A stretch of 64,000 nucleotides of DNA from Mycobacteriales bacterium (GCA_036379355.1 DASVGV010000081.1:6923-70922); one strand, 5' to 3'; numbered from the stretch's first letter, positions 44,512-54,387 are shown. Made by a program: numbers and translations. The notes: generated by a model from the letters alone, not told the origin.

Positions 44512-45912
44512 TCAGGCGGCGTAGGGCGGGACGGTGTACCCGCCCAGCAGCTGCTCGAGCCGGGCCGCGACGGCGAGCGCCGTCCGGTCCCGGTGCGAGC
44601 CGGCGATGACCTGGACGCCGATCGGCAGGCCGTCGCGCGACGTGCCGACCCGGACCACGGTGACCGGCAGGCCGACGACGCCCGCGTACCCGAGCCAGCA
44701 GCCGGCCACGATCGTGGGCACGGCGGCCCCGTCCACGTCGACGGTCCGTTCGAGAACGGACCGGTCGTCGTGGGGAACCGCGGGTGTCGGCCAGGCCGGT
44801 GCGAGCAGCACGTCGTGGTCGGCGTACCAGTCGCGCCACCGGCGCTGCAGGGCAACGCGGGCGGTGTCGTGGCGGAGCCAGGCGATGGCGGTACCGCCGG
44901 CGGTGTCGTCCTCGCCGGAGGTCGCGTCGACGCCGCCGGGCGTGCCGGAGAGCGCCATCGCGGCGGTGATGAGCGGCATGAACTGCGCGGCTGCCTCCCC
45001 CAGCGACACCGGCGGCGCCCCGTCGTCCACCCGGGCGCCGTCGCCCGCCAGCGCGGCGGCCGCGGCATGTACGGCGGCCCGGACCTCCTGGGACACGGGG
45101 AAGTCGGCGTCGTCGGTGAGCACCGAGACCCGCCACGGCGCCGGCGCCGGGTCGGGGAGCCGCAGCGACCAGCCGTGCTCGGGCTCCTCCGGGCCGGCAA
45201 GCACCGCCAGCAGCAGGTCGAGGTCCGCGACCGTGCGGGCGAGGGGGCCGACGACGTTGATGTCGGCGACCGTCGTACCCCCGCCGAGGTGGGCGACGTA
45301 CCCGCGCTGCGGGACGACGCCGAACGTCGGCTTGTGCCCGGCGATGCCGCAGAAGTTCGACGGCACCCGGATGGAGCCGCCGATGTCGGTCCCGACCTCG
45401 AACGCGGTCAGGCCGGTCGCGACGGCCGCGGCGGCGCCGCCCGACGAGCCGCCGGGGGTGCGGGCGAGGTCCCAGGGGTTGTTGGTGGTTCCGTACACGC
45501 CGCCCGCGGTCTGGTAGTCGCCCGACCAGCGCGGCAGGTTGGTCTTGCCGAAGATCACCGCACCGGCCGCGCGGACGCGGGCGACCGCCGCCGCGTCCTC
45601 GGTGGGGACGCGGTCGGCGAGCTCGACCGCCCCGCCGGTCGTCGTGAGGCCGGCCGTGTCGAGGGCGTCCTTGATCGTGCACGGCAACCCGTGCAGGGGC
45701 CCGAGCCAGCGGTCGTGCGCGGCCTGCTCGTCGCAGTGCGCCGCGACCTGCATCGCGCGGTCGGCATCGAGGGTCACCACGGCGTTCAGGTCACCGTTCA
45801 GCCGGTCGACCCGGTCGAGGTACGCGGTGAGCAGCTCGCGGCTGGACACCTGCTTGCTGCGTACGAGGGCTTGGAGGGCGGTGGCGCTCTGTACGGGAAG
45901 GTCGCTGGCCAT
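44512..45912 (-). CDS. amidase (amidase-signature family)
   Basis: It has 'GLPCTIKDA' (catalytic Lys), 'GGSSGGAAAAVA' and 'GTDIGGSIRVPS'. I trimmed the start to ATG 45912 ('MASDLPVQS'); the ORF track starts at 45933. Confidence 0.88.
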   Translation of the reverse strand: MASDLPVQSATALQALVRSKQVSSRELLTAYLDRVDRLNGDLNAVVTLDADRAMQVAAHCDEQAAHDRWLGPLHGLPCTIKDALDTAGLTTTGGAVELADRVPTEDAAAVARVRAAGAVIFGKTNLPRWSGDYQTAGGVYGTTNNPWDLARTPGGSSGGAAAAVATGLTAFEVGTDIGGSIRVPSNFCGIAGHKPTFGVVPQRGYVAHLGGGTTVADINVVGPLARTVADLDLLLAVLAGPEEPEHGWSLRLPDPAPAPWRVSVLTDDADFPVSQEVRAAVHAAAAALAGDGARVDDGAPPVSLGEAAAQFMPLITAAMALSGTPGGVDATSGEDDTAGGTAIAWLRHDTARVALQRRWRDWYADHDVLLAPAWPTPAVPHDDRSVLERTVDVDGAAVPTIVAGCWLGYAGVVGLPVTVVRVGTSRDGLPIGVQVIAGSHRDRTALAVAARLEQLLGGYTVPPYAA

Positions 45913-46007
45913 CGCCCCACCCTGGCACGGCACCAGGCGGCCGGTGGCCGTGTCAGGATGCCGCCAGCCCGAGGCCGGTCGGGCCGGGCGCGGAGGGAGG
46001 CCGGTTC

Positions 46008-47267
46008 GTGCCGGAACGGCGGAAGGCAGGGAGATCCCTGCGTTGCGGGCGGTGGCTGTTGCGTCGGGTGGTGCCGGTCGCCGTGGCCGTCCTCGCCGCG
46101 GCGGCGTGCGGCAGCTCGGCGGCGCCCGCGGGTGGTGGGGCGACGAAGACCGGGGACGACGTCCCGGCGGTCGCGCACCTCGGGCCGCGGTCGTTCGCCG
46201 GTGCCGGGCCGTTCTCCGTCGGCGTGACCACGCTGACGCTGCCCGGCGACAAGGCGCCGGTCGAGGTCTGGTATCCCGCCACGGCGGCGGCGGTGGCCGG
46301 GACGCCGACGGTCAGCTACAACGTCGAGGACTACCTGCCCGCGGCGCTCCGGAAGCTGTTCCCGGCGGGCTTCCAGGGCGGCGTCTACCCCACCGACGCG
46401 CACCGGGACGTGCCGGTCGCCGCCGGCCGGTTCCCGCTGGTCGCGTTCACCCACGGCTACTCGGGGTTCCGCACCCAGTCGACCTTCCTGACCACGCACC
46501 TCGCCTCCTGGGGCTTCGTGGTCGCCGCGCCGGACCTGCTCGACAACGACCTGACGGCCGTGCTGAGCGGGACCAAGGCGGCGGGGTCCGCCGCCGACAT
46601 CGCCGAGGTGCGCGACACGATCACGCTGATGGCTCAGCAGAGCGGCGCGCCGACGGGCCGGTTCGCCGGGCACGTGGACCTGTCCCGCGTTGCGGCGATC
46701 GGCCACTCGCTGGGCGGCGCGGCCTCCGAGGCGGTGGCGTCCGTCGACCCCCGGGTGACCACGTTCATCGGGATGGCCGGCGCGACCGTCGGCTCGTTCG
46801 GCCAGGCCTCCTCGGGCCCCGGCAGCGCGGTGCCGGCCAAGCCCGGGATGCTCCTGGTCGGAACGGCGGACCAGGTGGCGAGCCCGGCGGGTATCGCGGC
46901 CGCGTACACCGCCATGCAGGCGCCCAAGCGCCTGGTCACCCTGCGGGACTTCGGCCACCTCGTGTTCGCCGACATCTGCCAGATCGGTACGGGCAAGGGC
47001 GGGCTCGCCGGCATGGCGCAGGCGGCCGGCCTGCCCCTGCCGGGCAACCTCGAGAAGCTGGCGACCGACGGGTGCAGCCCGCCCGACGCCCCGGTCACGA
47101 CCGCGTGGCCGGTGATCCGGCAGGCCGTGACCGCGCAGCTGCGGCACGTCTTCGGCTTCGACCGGACCGACGCCGGGCTGGCCGGGCTGACGGCGGCCTA
47201 CCCGCAGGTCGTGGCGGTCGACACCACCGCGGCCGCCGCTCCGTCGCCCGCGGTCAGCCCGGGCTGA
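46008..47267 (+). CDS. alpha/beta-hydrolase lipoprotein (PAF-acetylhydrolase/dienelactone-hydrolase-like serine hydrolase)
   Basis: 419 aa with a lipobox 'LAAAAC', 'PLVAFTHGYSG' and the nucleophile elbow 'AIGHSLGG'. Confidence 0.78.
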   Translation: MPERRKAGRSLRCGRWLLRRVVPVAVAVLAAAACGSSAAPAGGGATKTGDDVPAVAHLGPRSFAGAGPFSVGVTTLTLPGDKAPVEVWYPATAAAVAGTPTVSYNVEDYLPAALRKLFPAGFQGGVYPTDAHRDVPVAAGRFPLVAFTHGYSGFRTQSTFLTTHLASWGFVVAAPDLLDNDLTAVLSGTKAAGSAADIAEVRDTITLMAQQSGAPTGRFAGHVDLSRVAAIGHSLGGAASEAVASVDPRVTTFIGMAGATVGSFGQASSGPGSAVPAKPGMLLVGTADQVASPAGIAAAYTAMQAPKRLVTLRDFGHLVFADICQIGTGKGGLAGMAQAAGLPLPGNLEKLATDGCSPPDAPVTTAWPVIRQAVTAQLRHVFGFDRTDAGLAGLTAAYPQVVAVDTTAAAAPSPAVSPG

Positions 47268-48519
47268 TGCCGGTGTCGGCCAGCGCGTCCAGGGTCGGGG
47301 TGGGCACGGCCGCAGCCCCCTCGGCGCGGGCGAGGAGCAGGCCGGCCACGGTGGCGACCAGCGCCAGCGCGCTGACGAACGCGGCGTAGTAGATCCCCGC
47401 GTCGTGCAGCCCGATGTGGGTCGTGATGACGCCGACGACGATGACCGGCACGCTGAACGAGAGGTACGCGACGAGATAGATGGTGCCGATCAGGGCGCCC
47501 CGTTCGTGCGGCGCCGCCAGGTTCGACAGGTGGCGGAACGCACCGAGGAAGCTGGCGCCGAACCCGATGCCGGTGGCGGCGGTCGCCACGAAGAACCAGG
47601 TCGCGCTGCCGGCCAGCATGGTCGCGAGGGTGACGGCCGCGCCCACCGCGAGGACGGCGCTCCCACCGATCATGGCGTGATGCGGCGAGCGCCGCTGGAT
47701 GAGCACGGTGACGATGGCGCCGGTGCTGGTCAGCGCGAAGATGACCAGCCCACCCCAGACGGCGTCGCTCGAGTGCGCCAGGTCCTCGGCGATGGACGGG
47801 CCGAGGGAGAAGTACAGGCCGCCGAGCGACCACGAGGCGATCAGCGCCGGCAGCGCCGCGACGAACGCGCGCCGCGCCGGCCGCGGGATGCCCGCGTTCG
47901 GTCGCAACGCGCCGAGGTGCAGGGTGCGTCGCGCACCGGGCTCCGGAATGACGAGCACGGAGATCAGGCCGACGAGGGACGACCCCAGCAGCAGCCAGAA
48001 CACCAGGTGGGTGGGGGCGGGCCCGTACTGGATCACCGCGCCGGCTCCGAGCGCCGCCACGGCGAGGGCGGCGCTGGAGCCGCCGCTGTTGACCGTGGCG
48101 CCGAGCGTCGGCCGGTCCGCGGGCGCGAGCTCGAGCAACGCCGCCCCGAGCGCACCGACACCCGCCCCGGTGGCGATGCCCTGCAGGCTGCGGGCGGCGA
48201 ACAGCGCTCCGATGCCGTGGGCGTCGAGGAACAGCACGGCGGCGCCCGCCTCGGCGGCGAGCGACAGCGCGATCATCGGCCGGCGGCCGACGTAGTCCGA
48301 CAGCGAACCGGCGAACAGCAGCACCACCAGCAGCGCGCCCGCGTACACCGCGAAGACCTCGGTGAGGGAGATCGCCGAGAAGTGCCAGGCCTGCTGGTAG
48401 ACGCCGTACAAGGGGGAGACGACGGCCGAGCCGCCGAGGACGATGCCCAGGAGGACGACCGTCCACCAGAAGGCCCCGGCGTTGCGCAGCCGTGCGGCTC
48501 CGATCGTGGCCGCCGTCAC
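47254..48519 (-). CDS. MFS transporter
   Basis: 421 aa with about 12 hydrophobic helices and the MFS loop motif 'GSLSDYVGRRP'. Confidence 0.88.
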   Translation of the reverse strand: MTAATIGAARLRNAGAFWWTVVLLGIVLGGSAVVSPLYGVYQQAWHFSAISLTEVFAVYAGALLVVLLFAGSLSDYVGRRPMIALSLAAEAGAAVLFLDAHGIGALFAARSLQGIATGAGVGALGAALLELAPADRPTLGATVNSGGSSAALAVAALGAGAVIQYGPAPTHLVFWLLLGSSLVGLISVLVIPEPGARRTLHLGALRPNAGIPRPARRAFVAALPALIASWSLGGLYFSLGPSIAEDLAHSSDAVWGGLVIFALTSTGAIVTVLIQRRSPHHAMIGGSAVLAVGAAVTLATMLAGSATWFFVATAATGIGFGASFLGAFRHLSNLAAPHERGALIGTIYLVAYLSFSVPVIVVGVITTHIGLHDAGIYYAAFVSALALVATVAGLLLARAEGAAAVPTPTLDALADTGISPG

Positions 48520-48677
48520 CGCCTGGACCCTCCTCGCCGCACGACGGGTGCCAACCCGTCGCGGCGGGCGCGCTATTCCGCCCTGCGCCGGCGCGCGCCG
48601 GGGGTGGGGCTGGCACGACCGCAGGTTCGGGGGGTGGCGCCCTCGCCGCCGGCGCCGCCGCGCGCCAGGCTGAACCC

Positions 48678-50000
48678 ATGATCGAGGCCAGCTCCCCGGC
48701 CGCGCGCGCCCCGCGCCGCGTCCCCGCGTTCTTCACCGCGCTGCTCACGCGGCGCACCTGGGCAGAGCTGCTGTACGCGCTGGTCGGCCTGCCGCAGGGC
48801 GTCTTCGGATTCGTGTTCGTCGTCGTGACGACGAGCCTGTCGCTGGGCCTGATCGTCACCTTCGTCGGCCTGCCGCTCCTGGCCGCCAGCGGACTGGTGG
48901 CCCGGTGGATCGGCTGGCAGTGGCGGGAGGGGACCAACGCCTTCCTCGGCTGGGACACGCCGGCGCCCCGTCGGTTCCGCAGCGGGCGAGGGCTGTTCGG
49001 CTGGCTCGGCGCGTGTCTGGTGGACGGCACCGCGTGGCGAGCCCGCATCTACCTCCTGCTCAAGCTCCCGCTGGGCATCGCGTCCTTCGTCACCGCTGTC
49101 GTCTGCTACGTCGACGGGCTGGGGTTCCTGACGTACGGGATCTGGTACCGCTGGCTGCCGTGCACCACCGACGACGGGGTCTGCCACCGTGCCGCCACGC
49201 TGTGGGGCGGGTACTACGTCGACTCCGCGCCGCGCATCCTCTGGGTGGCCGCCGTGGGCCTGCTCCTGCTGCTCGTCGGACCCTGGGCGGTTCGCCTCGT
49301 GCTGTTCGTCGACCGGGTGGCGGTCGGAGCGCTGCTCGGCCCGTCGTGGAACGCGACGCGGGTCGAGGAGCTGGAGCAGACGCGCGCCCACGCCGTGGAC
49401 GACGCGGCGGCGACACTGCGGCGCATCGAGCGCGACCTGCACGACGGGACGCAAGCCCGGTTGGTTGCGCTGGCCATGAACGTCGGCCTGGCCAAGGAGA
49501 AGCTGGCCGAGGGCGCCGACCCCGCGGACGCGGCGGAGCTCCTGGACCGGGCCCACCGCACCGCCAAGGAGGCGATCACCGAGGTCCGCGACCTGGCCCG
49601 CGGCATCCATCCGGCGGTGCTGGACGCCGGCCTGGACACGGCGCTCACGACCCTGGCCGCGCAGAGCGCCGTACCCGTACGGCTGACCACGCGCCTCACC
49701 GCACGGGCGACGCCCGCGATCGAGACGATCGCGTACTTCTGCGCCGCGGAGCTGGTCACCAACGTGGCCAAGCACAGTGGGGCGATCAGCGCGGCGCTCG
49801 ACGCGCGCACGGCCGGCGGCCGGCTGCGGCTGCAGGTCTCCGACGACGGTTCCGGCGGCGCGCAGGTCGGGGCGGGTACGGGGCTCAGCGGCCTGCACGA
49901 GCGGGTCCGCGCGGTCGACGGCATGCTGACCGTCCACAGTCCGGTCGGCGGGCCGACCGTGGTCACCGTCGACCTCCCTCTCCAGTCGGGAGCGTCGTGA
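48678..50000 (+). CDS. NarL-type sensor histidine kinase (membrane 'sensor' domain + HisKA_3 + HATPase_c)
   Basis: This is the 3' part of ORF 48492..50000 from ATG 48678. It has 'RIERDLHDGTQARL' (H-box), 'ELVTNVAKHS', and 'DDGSGGA' followed by 'GTGLSGLHERV'. Confidence 0.88.
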   Translation: MIEASSPAARAPRRVPAFFTALLTRRTWAELLYALVGLPQGVFGFVFVVVTTSLSLGLIVTFVGLPLLAASGLVARWIGWQWREGTNAFLGWDTPAPRRFRSGRGLFGWLGACLVDGTAWRARIYLLLKLPLGIASFVTAVVCYVDGLGFLTYGIWYRWLPCTTDDGVCHRAATLWGGYYVDSAPRILWVAAVGLLLLLVGPWAVRLVLFVDRVAVGALLGPSWNATRVEELEQTRAHAVDDAAATLRRIERDLHDGTQARLVALAMNVGLAKEKLAEGADPADAAELLDRAHRTAKEAITEVRDLARGIHPAVLDAGLDTALTTLAAQSAVPVRLTTRLTARATPAIETIAYFCAAELVTNVAKHSGAISAALDARTAGGRLRLQVSDDGSGGAQVGAGTGLSGLHERVRAVDGMLTVHSPVGGPTVVTVDLPLQSGAS

Positions 50001-50644
50001 TGCGGGTGATGATCGCGGAGGACAGCGCGATCCTGCGGGACGGCCTGACCCAGCTGCTCGTCGACCGGGGCCACGAGGTCGCCGCCGCCGTCGCGGACGG
50101 AGACGCGCTCCGGGCCGCCGTCGCGGCGGACCCGCCGGACGTCTGTGTCGTCGACATCCGGATGCCGCCGTCGTTCACCGACGAGGGACTGCGCGCGGCG
50201 ATCGCGTTGCGCCGCGAGCACCCGGACGTCGGCGTCCTGGTCTTCTCCCAGTACGTCGAGACCCGGTACGCCGCCGAGCTGCTCGCCGGCTCGACGCGCG
50301 GGGTGGGCTACCTGCTCAAGGACCGCGTCGCCGACGTCCGCGAGTTCGTCGAGGCCCTTGCCCGGGTGGCGGCCGGCGGAACCGCACTCGACCCCGAGGT
50401 GGTCGCGCAGTTGCTGCACGCCAGCCGCCGGGTCGACGCACTTGCGGCGCTGACCCCGCGGGAGCGGGAGGTGCTCTCCGCCATGGCGGAGGGCCGCTCC
50501 AATGCCGGCATCGCCGCGGCTCTCGTCGTCAGCGAGCGGGCGGTGGAGAAGCACGTGGCGAGCATCCTGGTGAAGCTCGGCCTGCCGCCGTCGGACACCG
50601 ACAACCGCCGGGTGCTCGCCGTCCTGCGCTACCTGGAGTCTTGA
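50000..50644 (+). CDS. NarL/LuxR-family response regulator
   Basis: It has 'MRVMIAEDSAILR...DVCVVDIRMPP' plus the HTH 'LTPREREVLSAMAEGRSNAGIAAALVVSERAVEKHV'. The start could be GTG 49997 or ATG 50000; both overlap the kinase stop. Confidence 0.88.
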   Translation: MRVMIAEDSAILRDGLTQLLVDRGHEVAAAVADGDALRAAVAADPPDVCVVDIRMPPSFTDEGLRAAIALRREHPDVGVLVFSQYVETRYAAELLAGSTRGVGYLLKDRVADVREFVEALARVAAGGTALDPEVVAQLLHASRRVDALAALTPREREVLSAMAEGRSNAGIAAALVVSERAVEKHVASILVKLGLPPSDTDNRRVLAVLRYLES

Positions 50645-50710
50645 ACCGGCCGGCCGGGGTGCCGTACGCTCGGCGTCCCGTCCACCCCTGCGAGCGATCA
50701 GGGCCGAGAC

Positions 50711-51583
50711 ATGACAGCGCACGCCACCGTCGCGGAGATCTCGCGGTGCCCGGTCAAGTCGATGCTCGGCGAGCAGCCCGATGTCGCCACCCTCACCGAG
50801 TCCGGCATCGCCGGCGACCGCGCCTGGGCGCTGGTCGACACCCAGACCGGCAAGATCGCCAGCGCCAAGACCCCGCGGCTGTGGGCCGGGCTGCTCGCGC
50901 TGCGGGCGACCTACCCCGACGGGCAGGACGGGTACGGCAGCGTCCGGATCCAGGGCGGCGACGGCCGAGTCCTGCGCAGCGACGACCCCGACATCGACAC
51001 GGCGCTGAGCGCGCTCGTCGGGCGTGACGTGCGGCTCGAGTCCGGCCCCGCGGCGGACGGCACCTACGACGAGATGTGGCCGGACATCGAGGGGATGGCG
51101 CCGGCCGAGTTCGTCGCCAGCACGCGCAGCGGGTCGGAGCCCGGCGGCGAGCCGGTCAGCGCGCTGCCGATCGGCATGCTGGCACCGGGCACGTACCAGG
51201 ACGTCGCGCCGATCACGCTGATGACGACCGCGTCCCTGCGCGGCGCAGCCGCCCTGTACCCCGAGGGCCGGTGGGACCCGCGGCGGTTCCGGTCGAGCAT
51301 CCTCATCGACCACCCGGGCGACGAGCTGGTGGAGCAGGAGTGGGTCGGGCGCACCCTCCGCATCGGGACCGCGGTCCTGTCGGTCTTCGCGCCGACTCCC
51401 CGCTGCGTGATGATCACGCTCGACCAGCAGGACCTGCCCACCGACGCGGGACTGCTGCGGACACTGGCCAAGCACAACCGGCTCGAGGTCGCCGGCACCG
51501 GGCGGTTCGCCTGCCTCGGCGCCTACGCCACGGTGTCGCAGCCCGGCGAGATCCGGGTCGGGGACGACGTCGTCGTCGACTGA
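50711..51583 (+). CDS. MOSC domain-containing protein (with N-terminal beta-barrel)
   Basis: 290 aa with 'ISRCPVKSM', 'GIAGDRAWAL', and a C-terminal conserved Cys in 'PTPRCVMITLDQ'. Confidence 0.85.
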   Translation: MTAHATVAEISRCPVKSMLGEQPDVATLTESGIAGDRAWALVDTQTGKIASAKTPRLWAGLLALRATYPDGQDGYGSVRIQGGDGRVLRSDDPDIDTALSALVGRDVRLESGPAADGTYDEMWPDIEGMAPAEFVASTRSGSEPGGEPVSALPIGMLAPGTYQDVAPITLMTTASLRGAAALYPEGRWDPRRFRSSILIDHPGDELVEQEWVGRTLRIGTAVLSVFAPTPRCVMITLDQQDLPTDAGLLRTLAKHNRLEVAGTGRFACLGAYATVSQPGEIRVGDDVVVD

Positions 51584-51596
51584 GCGGTCGGCGTCG

Positions 51597-52115
51597 CTGC
51601 TCACGGTCGGGCACGGACGGCTGGATCGCGACGGCCTGGGGTCGCTGCTGGCCGGGGCCGGCGTCCAGCAGGTGGTCGACGTCCGCCGCTACCCGGGCAG
51701 CCGGGCGAACCCCGACGTGCACACCGATGCCCTGGCCGGCTGGCTGCCCGATCGCGGGATCGGCTACCGGTGGGAGGAGCGGCTCGGCGGGCGGCGGTCC
51801 CTGCCGCGGGGCGCGGCGTCCCCCGACCCGTGGTGGACGGTCGCGGCGTTCCGGGCGTACGCCGCCCACACCCGGACCGGCGAGTTCCGGGCCGCACTGG
51901 CTGCGGTCCTGGACGAGAGCGATGCGCTCGTGACGGCCGTGATGTGCAGCGAGAGCGTGTGGTGGCGCTGCCATCGGCGGCTCATCGCCGACGTCGCCGT
52001 GCTGGCGTACGGCCGGCCGGTCCGGCACCTGATGCCCGGCGGCCGGCTGACCGAGCATCGTCCGGCGGCCGGCGCGCGCGTGCGTCCGGACGGCCTCGTC
52101 GTCTGGGACGTCTGA
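51597..52115 (+). CDS. DUF488 domain-containing protein; probable non-canonical (CTG) start
   Basis: The ORF track starts at GTG 51672, but the same frame upstream reads 'LLTVGHGRLDRDGLGSLLAGAGVQQ' followed by VVDVRRYPGSR. That is the conserved DUF488 N-terminus ('TIGHS...LVDVR'). There is no ATG, GTG or TTG between the upstream stop and this motif. Confidence 0.6.
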   Translation: MLTVGHGRLDRDGLGSLLAGAGVQQVVDVRRYPGSRANPDVHTDALAGWLPDRGIGYRWEERLGGRRSLPRGAASPDPWWTVAAFRAYAAHTRTGEFRAALAAVLDESDALVTAVMCSESVWWRCHRRLIADVAVLAYGRPVRHLMPGGRLTEHRPAAGARVRPDGLVVWDV

Positions 52116-52131
52116 CCGGAGTTCTTGTCGC

Positions 52132-53370
52132 TCAGGCGTAGCGCGCGTCCTGGCCGGCGCTGGTGCGCCCGGCGCGCACCTCCGAGACAGCACCGGACAG
52201 GTCGGCGAGCAGGTCGTCGATCACATGGACGTGGTACGGCGAGAGCATCACGTGCAGGCCGCCGGGCTGGCGGTCGAGCCACCACCGCCGCTCCTCCAGC
52301 GAGTCGGCCACGGCGGCCATGTCGACCTCGTCGCTGGTGAACTGGAACACCGACGCGTCCGGCTTCGCGGTGAGCCGCAGGCCGTCGATCGCCTCGATGC
52401 CGGCGATGAGCCGCCGGGTCGCGTCCCGGACCGCCCGCGTCTTGGCGAGGTAGCCCTCCTCGCCGTGGTAGCGCAGCGCGGCCCAGGCGCCGGCGATCGG
52501 CGGCGCGGGACGGGTGCCGGCCGGGGTCGGCGACCCGTACAGCCCGCCGCCCCAGACCCCGTCGTCGAACCAGATGCGCTTGTACGACGTCTCCGCGTCG
52601 CGGAACGCGATCACCGAGGCACCCTTGAACGCGTACCCGTACTTGTGGATGTCGGCACTGATGCTCGTGACGTCCGGGACGCGAAAGTCCCACAGCGGCA
52701 GGGGTTCTCCGAGCCTCTCCCAGAACGGCAGCAGCAGTCCGCCGAGGCACGCGTCGACGTGGCAGAGCACACCCGCGTCGGCCGCCGCGGCGGCCACCTC
52801 CTCGACCGGGTCGATGACCCCGTACGGGTAGCACGGCGCACTGGCCACCACCATGATCGTGTCCGGTCCGATCGCGTCCTTCAGCGCGGCGGGATCCACG
52901 CGCAGGTCGTCCCGGAGGCCGACGCGGGTCTGCCGGACGCCCAGCAGGTGGCAGGCCTTGGCGAAGGCGGGGTGCGCGGTCTGACCGGTGACGATCTCCG
53001 GCTGCTCGATGCCCCGCTCGCGGGCGACGCTGCGGGCCACCTGCACCGCCACGAAGATCGACTCCGTACCGCCGGACGTCAGCCCGGCCCGTCCCGGCTG
53101 GCCGTGCAGCAGCCCGGCGACCATGTCGGACGCCTCGTGCTCGAGCCGGGCGAGGCTCGGGAAACGCAGGGGGTTCAGGGCGTTCTCGGCGAGGTACTCG
53201 CGGCTGACGCCGGCCAGCAGCTCCTCGAGCACCGGGTCGTCCGGGTGGTAGATCAGGCTGAAGATCCGCCCCTCGCGCCACGGCGCGTCGTCGTGCCGGT
53301 TGGCGCGCAGCGCGGCGAGGACGTCGTCGGGCGGCGTGCCCCGGGCGGGAAGGTCGTGTGCGTCGGCCAT
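52132..53370 (-). CDS. PLP-dependent group II decarboxylase/lyase (sphingosine-1-phosphate lyase-like)
   Basis: 412 aa with 'GGTESIFVAV', 'HVDACLGG', and the PLP lysine in 'SADIHKYGYAFKGASV'. Confidence 0.8.
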   Translation of the reverse strand: MADAHDLPARGTPPDDVLAALRANRHDDAPWREGRIFSLIYHPDDPVLEELLAGVSREYLAENALNPLRFPSLARLEHEASDMVAGLLHGQPGRAGLTSGGTESIFVAVQVARSVARERGIEQPEIVTGQTAHPAFAKACHLLGVRQTRVGLRDDLRVDPAALKDAIGPDTIMVVASAPCYPYGVIDPVEEVAAAAADAGVLCHVDACLGGLLLPFWERLGEPLPLWDFRVPDVTSISADIHKYGYAFKGASVIAFRDAETSYKRIWFDDGVWGGGLYGSPTPAGTRPAPPIAGAWAALRYHGEEGYLAKTRAVRDATRRLIAGIEAIDGLRLTAKPDASVFQFTSDEVDMAAVADSLEERRWWLDRQPGGLHVMLSPYHVHVIDDLLADLSGAVSEVRAGRTSAGQDARYA

Positions 53371-53404
53371 GGCGCGAGAGTACGGCCCGGGCCGCCGGCC
53401 GCTC

Positions 53405-54268
53405 TCAGCGCTGGTGTGCCTCGAGCACGCCGGCCGGGCCGAACAGCTCGGCGCGCCACTGGTCGAGCAGCTCGGGACTGCCGATCTGGTCGGGGTGGAA
53501 GCCGGGCCGCGTGTAGCTGCGGATCCGGCGGATCACGGCGGGGGACAGGAACGGCGAGTGCCGCAGGCCGGCGAGGCTGCGTACCAGCCGGATCGGGTTG
53601 TACGCGGCCCGGTCCTGCGCCAGCGACAGCAACGTGTGGATGACGACGGTCAGCACGAACGTGAGGTTGACCAGCCGCATCGTGCGGACGCGCACCTTCT
53701 CGCTGCCGCAGACCTCCTGGAACACGTCGAAGGCGACCGACTTGTGCTCGGACTCCTCGAGTGCGTGCCAGAGCAGCATCTCCCGGACCGACGACTCGCC
53801 GAGTACCTCGCGGGCCTTCGGGTTGCCCAGCAGGACCTCGGCGAGCGTCGCGGTGTAGTGCTCGAGCGCGGCGGTGATGCCCAGGCAGTACTCCGGCGGA
53901 TAGAGCTTCTCGTCCCGGGCGAGCCCCTTGCGGGTGAACCGGTCCACGCGCCGGGTCGGGTAGCCCATCTCCTGGAGCCGCTCGTTGAGCTCGCGGTGCT
54001 CCCGGCCGTGGGTGACCTCCTGGCCGATGAACCCGGCCACCTGCTGCTTGAGCTCGGGGTCGGTGATCTGGTCGGCGAAGTGCCGCACCGACCGGACGAA
54101 GAAGTCCTCGCCCTCGGGGAACAGCGCCGACAGCACCGCGACGACGTGGCTCATGACGAGGTCGCCCTGCACGAAGTGCCGGCGGCGGACCACGTCGGGG
54201 TAGGCGAAGTCCATGCGCCGGGTCCGGATGGTGCGGGCGGGGTAGTGCTGCGCGGTCGACGCGGTCAT
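53405..54268 (-). CDS. predicted metal-dependent hydrolase (PF10118-like)
   Basis: 287 aa with 'FPEGEDFFVRSVR', 'FIGQEVTHGREH', 'ALEHYTA' and 'ALEESEHKSVAFDV'. Confidence 0.78.
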   Translation of the reverse strand: MTASTAQHYPARTIRTRRMDFAYPDVVRRRHFVQGDLVMSHVVAVLSALFPEGEDFFVRSVRHFADQITDPELKQQVAGFIGQEVTHGREHRELNERLQEMGYPTRRVDRFTRKGLARDEKLYPPEYCLGITAALEHYTATLAEVLLGNPKAREVLGESSVREMLLWHALEESEHKSVAFDVFQEVCGSEKVRVRTMRLVNLTFVLTVVIHTLLSLAQDRAAYNPIRLVRSLAGLRHSPFLSPAVIRRIRSYTRPGFHPDQIGSPELLDQWRAELFGPAGVLEAHQR

Positions 54269-54314
54269 GGGGCCTCCATCTGCGCCGGGGCCCCCTCACG
54301 GGGCACCCGGTTCG

Positions 54315-54359
54315 TCCGGATAGATGGTATGACCCATGGTAACACCAAGTTGATCCGGA
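54315..54359. repeat. 45-bp imperfect palindrome (outer perfect arms TCCGGAT / ATCCGGA; inner arms ATGGTATGACC / GGTAACACCAA around CAT)
   Basis: Read directly in the locally AT-rich 119-nt gap between the acyl-CoA dehydrogenase stop (54388) and the hydrolase start (54268). Confidence 0.3.
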
Positions 54360-54387
54360 TGCCCAGGGACGGGCGCCGGGGGCGGGG

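Noticed and set aside
48543-48560. 7-bp inverted repeat GACGGGT-GCCA-ACCCGTC between the MFS gene and the NarL-type kinase.
   Set aside because: It is short and GC-rich, so it is expected by chance in this composition. There is no second copy or phasing to support an operator.
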